NCBI RefSeq assembly: GCF_001194135.2
Contig: NC_068984.1
Location: 139,220,068 to 139,284,067, forward strand
Reading direction: 5' to 3'
Length of the DNA stretch: 64,000 nucleotides
DNA from: Octopus bimaculoides
Lineage: Eukaryota
The notes below the pieces were generated by a model. The model did no database searches and was not told where the DNA came from. It saw nothing but the letters and a program-made list of their open reading frames with translations. Both the position numbers and the translations under genes were made by a program. Position 1 is the first letter of the stretch; every line of letters begins with the position of its first letter. Of the stretch, positions 41,525 through 52,411 are shown piece by piece.

Positions 41525-42058
41525 TTAGGTTGTCAAGAAAGTTCTTGTGGTTTTTAACCTTTAAAAACAGAAGCACCATATCTCGGCTCAAACGAAACTT
41601 TATTAATCGAAATAAACACGCTCAAAATCAACAAACTTTTGCCAACGCGAAACAAGTTTATTGATGCCAGTAGCGTAAAAATCCTGCTTTCTGGTGGCGA
41701 TGAAGTAGTTGAAGTCGCGATTGGCATCGTCTTGGTTTTTTGAAGCATTTCTCACGAAGGAATTTGCCGAGATGCTTGAAGAAGTGGTAGTCGGTAGGCG
41801 AGAGATCTGGTGAGTATGTCGGATGAGGCAGAGTTTCGTAGCCCAATTCTTTCAACTTCTGCCTGGTCAGTTGTGCGACGTGCGGCCGAGAGTTGTCATG
41901 GAGAAGAATTGATCCTTTTCTATTGACCCATGCTGGTTGTTGCTGTCGGGAGTTTTTTATGCATTTCGTCCAATTGCTGACAGTACTTCTCCACCGTAAT
42001 GGTTTCGTCTGGATCCAAAAAGCTGCGATGGATGAGACCGGCCGCAGACCACTCCCTC
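41525..42058 (-). mobile_element. Mariner transposase 3' half with 3' TIR, inserted at a TA inside the PLE
   Basis: LLHDNSRPHVAQLTRQKLKELGYETLPHPTYSPDLSPTDYHFFKHL...GINKLVSRWQKFVD. TIR TTAGGTTGTCAAGAAAGTTC follows TA at 41523-41524. Confidence 0.9.
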
Positions 42059-43887
42059 CTCACACAAAAATAAAACTTATATCGACGCCAAAATTTGCAA
42101 ATCTATTTTTATTTTGAAATCTGGGATTATTATATCCAGTGAATTTAAGATGTAGGAAAAAGATATTTTTGTTTTAATATTGACACAAGAATGCCTTAAT
42201 ATTATACTTTCACTTCGTTTCACACACATACAAAAACTCTAACGTGTCTTTTTTAGATGAATTATCATTCGTTATCGTTCGTAACTTCTATAACCTCTGC
42301 ATTTTCACTTATTCATGAAAAACCAATGAAATGGTTTTCATTTACTTCTCGGGCGCCTATAAATTGCTAAGAAACCACACTGCTCAAATCCTGTGTGAAA
42401 ACTTAGAATGATGCTAACGGCAGAAGCGTTCGGCTCATAAGTCTGTTTGGTGAGGTGGAACGTAGGACTACACGTCGATAATCAGATTTTATAAATTAAG
42501 AGGTGAGCATAGTTTATACATCAGCCTAGATACTGCTTTCTACTCCACATAGTTTTATGTTTCGCAATTAATTCCCAAGTGTTTACTATGTAAAACATAA
42601 ATAAAACGCAAGGAGACACCGACCCAATTCTGACATAACAGGAAAAATACAGAAAAGAATAAATGAAAATGCACAGAATTCCAAATAATCCAATCAATGT
42701 TACTCATTCAAGATTGCAGATAATTTTGCTCACTTTAAACATATCTCTACTCTTATCGACATGATTCATTCAATACAAATAGACAGTTATTTAAAAGAAT
42801 CACTTATCCTTAAAACGATATTACTATTGGAAGGGAATGATATTACTAAAGACTTCATTAAATCTTAACTAAAAACAAACAGTCGCCATTTTGATGGCGT
42901 TCACTTTTTTTCCCACGTCTCATTATGCTTTTGTTTATTTGACGAGAGTATGTTTAGAAAATGTCATGGATTTTCACCGAGTAATTTAAAGCTTTCACAT
43001 GATATGAATACTGCTTAATTGAATGTCACCATTGCTTCGAATGTCCATTCCTTCCGCTTTTCGCTTTTCCTTATTTATTTTTCTTATTTTCTCTCTTCTC
43101 TTTATATGTTTCTCATTTATGTTGCTGTATCTTCTATTTTATCATCTCTTTATGTGTGTGCGTGTCTATAAGCGTATATTAGGAATGATTTAGCTGAAAT
43201 TGCGTATGCCACTCAAACTCGTCTGTCCCGGCTTTTGTTTTCTACTTTGATTCATTTCTCAATCGCATTAGTTTTGTATCATCTGGTGAGAGTACGTGTT
43301 CGTTAGAATATATTCATATATTATTCATATATATATACATATGTATATATATTTGTGTGTGTGTGTGTGTACGGTCGAATTTAGGAAATATATGCGTATG
43401 TATGTGTATGTATATATATATATATATTCGTCATGGCTTAGCAGCCCTCATTGTTTTGTTTTCACTGTCCTGTTTTTGTTACCAACTTTGACCTTCGGCA
43501 AATCCCAAATTATATTTTGGGTTGCGTGAGCAACTATTTCCTCGAAAGCAAGTCTTGACGTAATTGCTCGAAATGTGGAGTAGATAAACAGCCGACAACT
43601 GATGAAGGGTCGTTCTTTATGTTACTTCTCTTGCTTTTTACATTTGTTTCTTTTGTTGTTCGCAAAAAAAGTTTGTATTCCATGTTTTCGTATTTCATAT
43701 TTCATGGTGTTTACGTTTTTTACGTCCTGTACCCATATATGCATATGTATATACATATATATGTAAGTATGTACATGCATGCATGTATAGATGCATACAT
43801 ATATATTATTTATATTATTGTATGATCGAACTCCACGCATCCATTTCCAAGAATATGTATATATATTCACGTACATGTATACATACA

Positions 43888-43953
<66 letters not shown>

Positions 43954-44147
43954 CATTATGTATACGCATATGTGTACGTATATACATATATACATATGCA
44001 TACATGTACACACACACACACATATGTGTGTGTGTATGCATGTATGTATATATATCTTTATACTTCAATTTTTCTGAGATTAATGAAGATGAATAAAATA
44101 CGATGAGTACACAGGTACATTTGGAGATACGTGGCCTAGTGATTAGA

Positions 44148-44270
44148 GAAGCGGATTCGCGGTCGAGGATCGCGAGTTCGAATCTCTGACCGGGCGGCGT
44201 GTGTGTTTTTGAGCGAAATATCTGAGCTCGGCGCGGCTTCAGCAGAAGGTAATGCCGAGCAGGTCTAATA
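44148..44270 (+). mobile_element. tRNA-derived SINE head related to family C
   Basis: GTGGCCTAGTGATTAG..GCGAGTTCGAATCTC followed by a GTGTGTTTTTGAGCGA core. No tRNA acceptor stem. Confidence 0.6.
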
Positions 44271-44346
44271 ATTATACTCCTACTACTACAGTAATCCACT
44301 TTTCTCAACACATGAAATATGTGTGTACCTATGGGTATGTTTGTTC

Positions 44347-44378
<32 letters not shown>

Positions 44379-44636
44379 TTGTGGGTATGTGTGTGTGTAT
44401 ATATATACACCACACCAACATATATGTATGTATGTATATCTATCTATCTATATATATATATATANNNNNNNNNNNNNNNNNNNNNNNNNNNNNNNNNNNN
44501 NNNNNNNNNNNNNNNNNNNNNNNNNNNNNNNNNNNNNNNNNNNNNNNNNNNNNNNNNNNNNNNNNNNNNNNNNNNNNNNNNNNNNNNNNNNNNNNNNNNN
44601 NNNNNNNNNNNNNNNATATATATATATATATATATA

Positions 44637-44698
44637 TTTCGTATGTGTATTTGGTGTGCATTTATTACCGGCATAATGCCTCTCCCAAGGTTTAATAG
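44637..44698 (+). repeat. 62-bp dispersed module within (TA)n, copy 1
   Basis: 61/62 identical to the reverse complement of 52312-52373. Confidence 0.85.
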
Positions 44699-44736
44699 TA
44701 TATATATACTTTATTTAAGAGCAGTAGAAATATAAC

Positions 44737-44784
44737 AAAAGACTGTAACTCGGAGTTTCACGTTCCCGTTCATCGGACAGTTTT
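44737..44784 (-). ncRNA. Minimal type I hammerhead ribozyme motif (minus strand)
   Basis: AAAACUGU-CCGAUGA-ACG-GGAA-CGU-GAA-ACUC-C-GAGU-U/ACAGUCUUUU. Stem I (ACUGU/ACAGU) and stem II (ACG/CGU) are perfect, stem III is palindromic. GUU triplet with predicted cleavage between 44747 and 44746. Confidence 0.65.
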
Positions 44785-44790
44785 GTTAGA

Positions 44791-44838
44791 AAAACGGTCC
44801 GATGAACAGGATCGTGAAACTCCGAGTAACAGTCTTTT
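44791..44838 (+). ncRNA. Minimal type I hammerhead ribozyme motif (plus strand)
   Basis: AAAACGGU-CCGAUGA-ACAGGAUCGU-GAA-ACUC-C-GAGU-A/ACAGUCUUUU. GUA triplet with predicted cleavage after 44828. One mismatch each in stems I and II. Core has C at position 4. Confidence 0.6.
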
Positions 44839-45049
44839 GTTATATTTCTGCTGCTTTTAAATAAAGCATATTACTCTACCTCTGGTATTTGAGTACTCTT
44901 TTTTCCACCTTGTTGCGCATTTATGTGCTTACTCCGGTATATATATACATGTCCTCCACATTTATATACCTATTCGTTCCTACATATCTACAATAATCTG
45001 AAGATAGATTGATCATTTAAATCCCACTATTATTTCTCTTTTGATAATT

Positions 45050-45232
45050 TGTTGACAACCGCTTGTCAACCGCTATTGGTTTGTTTCCGGCCCCTTAAGT
45101 TAGGTGTTCGGCAAAAGATACCGATAGGAATAAGTACCTGACTTAAAGAAGGGTAAGTACTGGAGTCGCTTATTTCGACTGAAATTATTGAAGGTGGTGG
45201 CCCACCATGGCTACAGACCAATAACTGAAACA
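45050..45232 (+). mobile_element. SINE family A 3' part
   Basis: TTCGGCAAAAGATACCGATAGGAATAAGTAC...CCACCATGGCTACAGACC. Confidence 0.65.
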
Positions 45233-45249
45233 ATTAAAATAGTAAAAAT

Positions 45250-45635
45250 ATGCACACGCACGTACAAACACACACACAAACGCACACATAGGCGCACAGA
45301 CAAACACGTACACAAATACGCACACACACACACACACACAGGCGCCCACACATGCACAAACACACACAAACACACACGCTCACATGCTCACACAACCACA
45401 TACACATGCATGCATGCACACACACAATCACATATACACACACTCACACACACGCACTGATACAGAAACACGCGCGAACACATACATATACCCGCGCAAA
45501 AACTCACACACACATACACATACAGTCACACACAAACACACGCACACTCACACAAACGCACACCCATGCACAAATATGCACACTCACGCACACGCACACA
45601 CGCACATACACACATACATACACACACACACATAT
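45250..45635. repeat. Degenerate (CA)n tract
   Basis: Directly visible. Confidence 0.9.
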
Positions 45636-46017
45636 ATATAAATATATACATTATCAGAACTGTATATGTATACATGTATGAGAGTGCATGTATATAAGTG
45701 TGTGCGTGTAGCTATGTCATTATCGGGACAGGTCAAGCGTAGCAAGGCATGTGAAAAATTGATTTGATGCTATCGATTGCTGAGTATTTGACATTAGGCA
45801 TCATTTCCTGAACAATTATATGCACTCCAACCCCTCGGTGGAAATAGAAAAACAATTCACCAACGAGAAAAGATAAATACAATCATAATTCTATAATTGT
45901 GAAACTAACATACAGAATCACAACTATGACCACCACCAACAACAACAACAATAAGAGCAACAACAACTACAACAACTATAATGTCAATACGTCTCCTTCT
46001 CCATAATTATCTTGTTT

Positions 46018-46161
46018 TCTTCTTCTTCTTCTTCTTCTTCTTCTTCTTCTTCTTCTTCTTCTTCTTCTTCTTCATCTTCTTCCCCATGCTTATCAACATC
46101 CTCGTCTACTACTACTACTACTACTACTNNNNNNNNNNTACTACTACTACTACTACTACTA

Positions 46162-46220
<59 letters not shown>

Positions 46221-46232
46221 TATTATTATTAT
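46018..46232. repeat. Compound (CTT)n-(CTA)n-(ATT)n microsatellite
   Basis: Directly visible; includes a 10-N gap. Confidence 0.9.
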
Positions 46233-46234
46233 TT

Positions 46235-46927
46235 CTCTTTATCCACAGGAGCTCCTGGAGTCTTGCATTCATAGCGGGCTTACTACCTGCAGCCTCTGGT
46301 ACCATGCTATTCGTTCTTTTCAACTATCTAATTCTCTCCTGATTATTCTGGCTGTGCCAAGGAGGCAAACCTTTTGTAACAGTTCTACTAAGCAATCTAT
46401 TCCAATTTCCTTTATATTCCCCTTAATGCCTTCTTATACTGTCCCCAAGGACCCACCAATAATTGGCACTATCTTCACCTTCTTCATTTTCCATAGCCGG
46501 GCTATTTCGTACTTAAAAGGGTTGTATTTATCTATCTTTTCGCCTTCCTTCTTGACTATTCGTGGGTCAATGGGGCATGCAACATCAACTATATAGCATA
46601 TGTGGTGCTTCTTGTCCACCACCACTAATTCCGGTCTGTTATGCTCTAGCACCTGATCTGTTTAGATTTGGAAATCCCAGAGGATTTTGCTAATCTCCGA
46701 CACTGCCACATTTGCAGTTTGTGCTCATACCACCTCTTACCTCTCTCTAGCCCTCTCTACTCACAGAGTTTCCAATGTAGCACTTTCGCTACCTGGTCGT
46801 GTCGCCACAATTTGTAGTGGTTTGGGGCACGTTTAGAGCATTTGTTCGTGATATGGTCAATGGTTTCATTTATTCTATTGCAATAAGGTGGCAAAAGCCA
46901 GTATAGTGGTCTTGGTCTCATTTTTAC

Positions 46928-46930
<3 letters not shown>
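46235..46930 (-). mobile_element. 5'-truncated R4/Dong-like non-LTR retrotransposon (CCHC knuckle plus restriction-like endonuclease) with 3' UTR, flanked by (TAA)n
   Basis: Minus-strand frames give ETIDHITNKCSKRAPNHYKLWRHDQVAKVLHWKLCE, HNRPELVVVDKKHHICYIVDVACP...KIVPIIGGSLGTV and LLQKVCLLGTARIIRRELDS* (stop at 46320-46322). A roughly 90-nt UTR and an (AAT)n tail follow. Confidence 0.85.
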
Positions 46931-46972
<42 letters not shown>

Positions 46973-46988
46973 GTTATTGTTATTGTTA

Positions 46989-47085
<97 letters not shown>
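46931..47085. repeat. (TTA)n/(TTG)n switching to (AAT)n
   Basis: The orientation flips at 47047/47048. Confidence 0.95.
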
Positions 47086-47086
<1 letters not shown>

Positions 47087-47240
47087 GACTTCCGTGAAGT
47101 TCTTAATTACCGGTTGTTCTTTACTTGACAGCAGGCAATAACAAATCACCAAAGGTTTCAAGTAGTGACTTCTGCTGTGACTCAAAAAGACAATACTCTC
47201 CTTAGAATGCGGGCTGTACCTAACACTGCTGCCATCTTGA
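47086..47240 (-). mobile_element. 3' end of a second R4/Dong-like non-LTR retrotransposon
   Basis: Minus strand reads KMAAVLGTARILRRVLSF* (stop 47182-47184), the conserved C-terminus of this clade. About 95 nt of UTR then runs into the triplet repeat. Confidence 0.7.
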
Positions 47241-47543
47241 CGTTGGCAGAATTTGGACTCAGAACGTAGCGGTAGATGAAATACCGCTAAGCATTTCACC
47301 CGGCATGCTAACGTTTCTTATTTCTTTACTGACCACAAGGGGCTACACACAGAGGGGACAAACAAGGACAGACAAACAGATTAAGTCGATTATATCGACA
47401 AACAGATTAGGTCGATTATAATGTCCCTGATAGGGTGAAAGACAGAATCAACGTCGGTGAAATTTGAACTCAGAATGTAGCTGTAGACGAAACACTGCTA
47501 AGCATTTCGTCCGGCGTGCTAACGTTTCTGCCATCTCGCCGCT
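47241..47543 (-). mobile_element. Two SINE family B copies (partial plus near full)
   Basis: AATTTGGACTCAGAACGTAG..GCTAAGCATTTC and AATTTGAACTCAGAATGTAG..TGCCATCTCGCCGC. Confidence 0.85.
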
Positions 47544-48819
47544 TTAAGAGGGTGTAGTTTATTCTACACCAGTTTAAGTCAGTATTGGTCTACTTCTATT
47601 TAATAGAGGCCCCCTATTGGATTAACTGATTTCACTATACCCCTAAGCACAACGAAAATATTTTAAATAGGCTAAACTAAACACACACACACTTATATGG
47701 AGTGGAATAGAAAGATATATATATGTGGGACAAGTTTGCAATTAATATATTTTCCGTTTAATTTCTGTTTGTCACTCATTGAAATGAATTCTAATTGCAT
47801 CTAGAAGTGCTGTCAACCCACATAAACAATACTGGAATCACAGAGAATCACGATTACAATGTTTATCATTTTTACTCCACAATAGATTTACATGGCTTCT
47901 AGTCAATATTTTTGAATTAAAACGCATCTTTAAATAAAAAAAAAATTAAAGGGTACCGAAAGGTATTTTCATAGTTCTTCAAAGTTTCTCAATGTCGCTA
48001 AATTCTCCTCTGGCACAGGAAGACAATGTTGATAGTTGTCAAATAAAATATACCAAATTTTTATTTCTTATACTGCATCAATAAATTTGCATAGCATATA
48101 TTCTGATTCTACTCGCCCTCACATGTACGCACGCATGCGCAACAACGCAGTCAGGCACTTTTTGATTCACTTACACATGTAGATGTATACTTACATACGT
48201 ACGCGATATAAATATACATACATACATACATACATGCATACATACATACATACATACATATACATATATATATATTACGAAATTCTTGCAATTTATAGTT
48301 TATGGTACTCCTTCTTATTAGGAATTTTCAGCACGATATAATACGTAACTTATTAACTATATATATTAAAAAGTGAGACATGTTATTGAAATCAGAGATT
48401 TGATTAATTACTGTTTGAATGAAATTCATAGTATGTGTTTCTTTTTCCTTCACTGAACATTGTGAATTTAGGAATCAAATGAAAGGGACAACATTCTTAA
48501 TATTTATATAGGGATTTTTCAAGGGAATTCTATGGCGTGAAAATTTATTGATGCAACCAATAATTTCAACAACTACATCCAATTTGAGAAAACGTTTTTC
48601 GATAAATTTGTGTTTTAATTAGTATCCGACAAGGAAAATTTATTTCTTAGTGGTGGCGGTTTTCAAGCTTATATTGCAAAATATAAAATATGGCTTAAAT
48701 ATATATAAAGCTTTTGGACTTATATAACATTAGTGAAAAAGTAAAAGAGAAAACTAATAATAATTGGCTTTGGATAAATTTAATATTTAAATTCCTTAGT
48801 TTAAAGAGAAGCAATATCT

Positions 48820-49235
48820 ATTCTTTTCTGCTCTAGGCACAAGGCTCGAAATTTAGCTGGAGGGGGCCAGTGGATTAGATCGATCCCACTATGCAACGGG
48901 TACTTAATTTATCGACCCCGAAAGGATGAAAGGCAAAGTCGACCTCGGTGGAATTTGAACTCAGAACGTAAAGACACGAAATGCTGCTAAGCATTTCTGT
49001 TAACGTTTCTGCCAGATCGCCGTCGTCAGATGCAATATATAATGGTTTGAAATTTTGTGGGAGGGACTAAGTCGATTAAATCGATCCCAGTGCTCAACTG
49101 GTGCTACTTTTATCGACCCCGAAAGGATGGATGGCAAAGTCGAGCTTGACAGAATGTTGACTCAGAACATAAGGATGAACGAAATTCCGCTAAGTATTTT
49201 ACTCGGCTTGCTAAAGATTCTCATATCTCTCCGCC
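48820..49235 (-). mobile_element. Tandem pair of SINE family B
   Basis: ATCGACCCCGAAAGGATG..GCAAAGTCGA occurs twice. Confidence 0.85.
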
Positions 49236-49259
49236 TTCGAAGTACTGACTATTCATACA

Positions 49260-49813
49260 TAAAAATGAAGGTGAGGAGATACAAAATATATAACAACCTA
49301 GATTAATAGATTGAGGTTCTGGATAAAGTTGTTTAGACTTGGATCAACAGTGTATGCAATGGAAGCCCTTATATCTTTCAACAAGATTCTGCACCATCAC
49401 ATAAGTCTCAAATGACAAGAATGAATGACCAACAATTTGCATGAACACATCACCCACAATATTTTGCCCCATAAATCTCCAGATCTCAATCCGCCGGACT
49501 ATTATGTATGGAGCATCGTTGAGAAAATGACAATGAATTCCTCCGTAACACCAAAGATTTTTGAAAGTCGCCATAATTCGAGTAATGTCCGATATGAACA
49601 AGGGCCATCTAATCCGAGCTTGTAAACGATTCCGATCCCGCGTAGAGGAAGTTATCGATGCTTATGTTGGTTTTATTGAAGGAAATTATTAAATTGACAA
49701 TTTAGCTTTAATCTGTACGTAATTTTTATAAAAATACAGTTTGTTTTCCTGTTTCCATATAAACGTTTTTCTTAAAAACCATTAATCTGTCCTCAAATAC
49801 CGTCCGCACTCTG
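49260..49813 (+). mobile_element. Tc1/mariner-superfamily transposase 3' part with TIR
   Basis: PYIFQQDSAPSHKSQM, SPDLNPPDYYVWSIVE and LIRACKRFRSRVEEVI motifs. It ends ...GGACAG-like/CCGTCCGCACTCTG followed by TA. Confidence 0.8.
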
Positions 49814-49895
49814 TATTTATGCGCTCCAAATACACGGTTAAAAGTAATTTACGATATTTCATGTATTTATATTTAACCTAATATATTCTCTGTGT

Positions 49896-49953
<58 letters not shown>

Positions 49954-50383
49954 GTATGCATGCGTATTTGTGTCTGTGTGTTACCTGTTTAACATTTTAG
50001 TACTGTCTGTACTTCATTTATCTTTCAATCCTGCGTTGTATTCTAGACATCCTTTATTTATTCTCTTTCCAATTTTTTAAACTATTCCCTTTAAATATCT
50101 TATTATGCTATCAAGTCCCATATTACCCTCCTCCTTTCTCTTCTCCCCATCGCTCTTATTTTCCTTTCTCTATCTCCGTTTTTTTTTTTACTTGTCGTTC
50201 AAGCTATCTTCTACTGCTTTGTTTTCCATAATTCTTTCATATCATTTTACTTTACTTTCTTAGTTTCTATAATTTTTTTATCCTTCTTTTCTTTCCTTAC
50301 TTCATTTTAAGTTTATATCTTCCCGACAAATTCCTTTCGTAGCTTCTCTTCTCTTTATCCCTTCTTTTATATTCTATTTGCAC

Positions 50384-50510
<127 letters not shown>

Positions 50511-51057
50511 TTGTCTGACTAATATTACCGTGTCTTAGTCATTTTTTCTCTTCAAATATCAATTTCTGTTATGCTTCTCAAGCTTTTTTTCTGTTAATTT
50601 TATCTTTGTTTCATATTTCGCTCCTTTGTCACACACCGTCTCACCATATCTTATCAATTCCACATTTAAATTTCAGGTAAAAAATATAAGTAATCGCAGA
50701 TTTAAAAAAAAAGTCTACTTTATCGAAAGAGATCAAAGAATTTGGAATAATATTAAGCATTCTTTTATTTCTTACATCTAAATACGGTTTCATGAATATC
50801 AAATATATGAAATGAAACAAGAATTTAAAATAGATTCTATACATCATTNNNNNNNNNNNNNNNNNNNNNNNNNNNNNNNNNNNNNNNNNNNNNNNNNNNN
50901 NNNNNNNNNNNNNNNNNNNNNNNNNNNNNNNNNNNNNNNNNNNNNNNNNNNNNNNNNNNNNNNNNNNNNNATATATATATATATATATACATATGCGCAC
51001 GCATATAAACACGCACACATGTGTATATATATATGTGTGTGTGTATGAATGTATATA

Positions 51058-52264
51058 TTGGGTCACCTCATTAATGTAGTTTTTTTTCAATTACATCGAC
51101 TAAAAGTCAGGGTGCAGCGGAATAAACTACCTGCATTAACTTGCTATAAAAGCGGGTAATAATTTTACCTTGTACTTATTCTTAGTGCAAATTTTGAAGA
51201 GTGCAATTCGATTTTAACAGTTATGTTGTCGAAGCTATAATGGAAGCGACAAAGACATATTTTGCTTTATGAGTTCAATAAAGACAACACAACAACGCAA
51301 CAGAAAGTACAAGAAATATTTATGCAGTATATAGGGATCGGACAATAAGCATAAGCCAGTTTCAACGGTGGTTCCAGAAATTCCGAGCCAGAAACTATAG
51401 CCTAGAAGACTAGACTCGTCCTGGAAGGGCTGTAGAGCTCGACGATGACATCCTGCAAACTCTGGTGGAACAAAATCGCATCGTAACTGTTGAGGAACTA
51501 GGAGAGAAGCTTGGAGTTGGTCATTCAATCAGTCATCGATACCTGTGTCTTCTCGGAAACGTCAGCAAATTGGGTCAGTGGGTTCCTCACAAACTTACCT
51601 AGAGTGAATATGTGCTCTGCTTTGCTGTCATGTCTCGCGCATGAACCTTTTTTGGGACCAAATAATGACTGGAGACAAGAAATGGGTCCTCTATAAAAAT
51701 GTCAAGTGCCGAAGATATTGGGTTGGGAAAGGAGAAACGCCGGTACCCCAGGCATGGTCTTCATCCTCTATTTGGCGGGATATGAAAGGTTTAGTTCACT
51801 CTGAACTTTTAAAACAAAACCAATTGATAACAAAGGAGATCAACTGTAATCAACCTGAAAGGTTTAAGTCAGCACTAGATGAAAAACGACCATCTTTGAT
51901 TGCAAAGAAAGGTGTTCTCCTATCAGGATAATGCTCTACCACATAAAGTGAGGATGACATTCGAAACTATTGAGCAGTTTGAATGGGAAACGATGCCTCA
52001 CCCACCATATTCGCCGGACATTGCCCCATCTGATTATTATTTATTCCGTAATCTTCAATATTATTTGGACGGAAAAAATATGAATTCTGTAGACGATGTG
52101 AGAACAGTACTGGAGGAGTATTTTTCGTCACAGACAAGTGGATTTTAGAAGAAGGGCCTTGCAAGTCTACTATATAGATGGAAGAGCATTGTAGAAAATG
52201 AACTTTGATTATCTTAATTTTGATAAATAAAAGAAATACTAAAAAACCGCATTATTTATGGGAT

Positions 52265-52271
<7 letters not shown>
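51058..52271 (+). mobile_element. Near full-length decayed mariner with both TIRs
   Basis: 5' TA-TTGGGTCACCTCATTAATG; 3' reverse complement TA-TTGGATTATCCCATAAATAATG. Motifs WVPHKL, IMTGDKKWVLY, QDNALPH and HPPYSPDIAPSDYYLF, with frameshifts. Length about 1.2 kb. Confidence 0.9.
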
Positions 52272-52311
<40 letters not shown>

Positions 52312-52312
<1 letters not shown>

Positions 52313-52370
52313 TATTAAACCTTGGGAGAGGCATTATGCCGGTAATAAATGCACACTAAATACACATACG

Positions 52371-52373
<3 letters not shown>
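52312..52373 (-). repeat. 62-bp dispersed module within (TA)n, copy 2
   Basis: 61/62 identical to the reverse complement of 44637-44698. Confidence 0.85.
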
Positions 52374-52408
<35 letters not shown>

Positions 52409-52411
52409 GTT

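Larger units (their letters stand above)
40795..42210 (+). mobile_element. Decayed Penelope-like retroelement fragment (RT C-terminal region, Cys-rich linker, GIY-YIG endonuclease), interrupted by a SINE and a mariner
   Basis: After removing the SINE it reads NNIWLIIPYGKQVTINLPFLFRQTMERNFPIKSRYLSIFNTHRIRLSFSNAYNISQTIASHNSRV. Then YNCGPNKTCILNGNC*, then (frameshift) NVMYECKITSSNK*YIYIGLSSTELISRPANHFSTFKY. After the mariner, KTYIDAKICK and *HKNALIL follow. These match the PLE WF.PPY / FP...IFN / CNC..CPL.G.C / VIY..YIG..R..NH / C..C / CRH pattern from memory. Confidence 0.75.
44709..44937. mobile_element. Penelope-like element pseudo-LTR remnant with an inverted partial copy (hairpin), embedded in (TA)n
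   Basis: Arms 44709-44784 and 44791-44866 are reverse complements (70/76 Watson-Crick, 2 further G.U) around a 6-nt loop. Each arm holds a hammerhead fold. (TA)n lies on both sides. Inverted partial pLTRs with hammerheads are an established PLE feature. Confidence 0.7.

Noticed and set aside
42440-42490. Hammerhead-like remnant (ACGT..ACGTC stem III with GUC) downstream of the PLE ORF
   Set aside because: There is no intact CUGANGA, GAAA or stem II, so it is too degenerate to call.
44148-44215. tRNA-like sequence with A and B boxes
   Set aside because: There is no acceptor stem, and it continues into a SINE core; it is a SINE head, as are the other box A/B hits.
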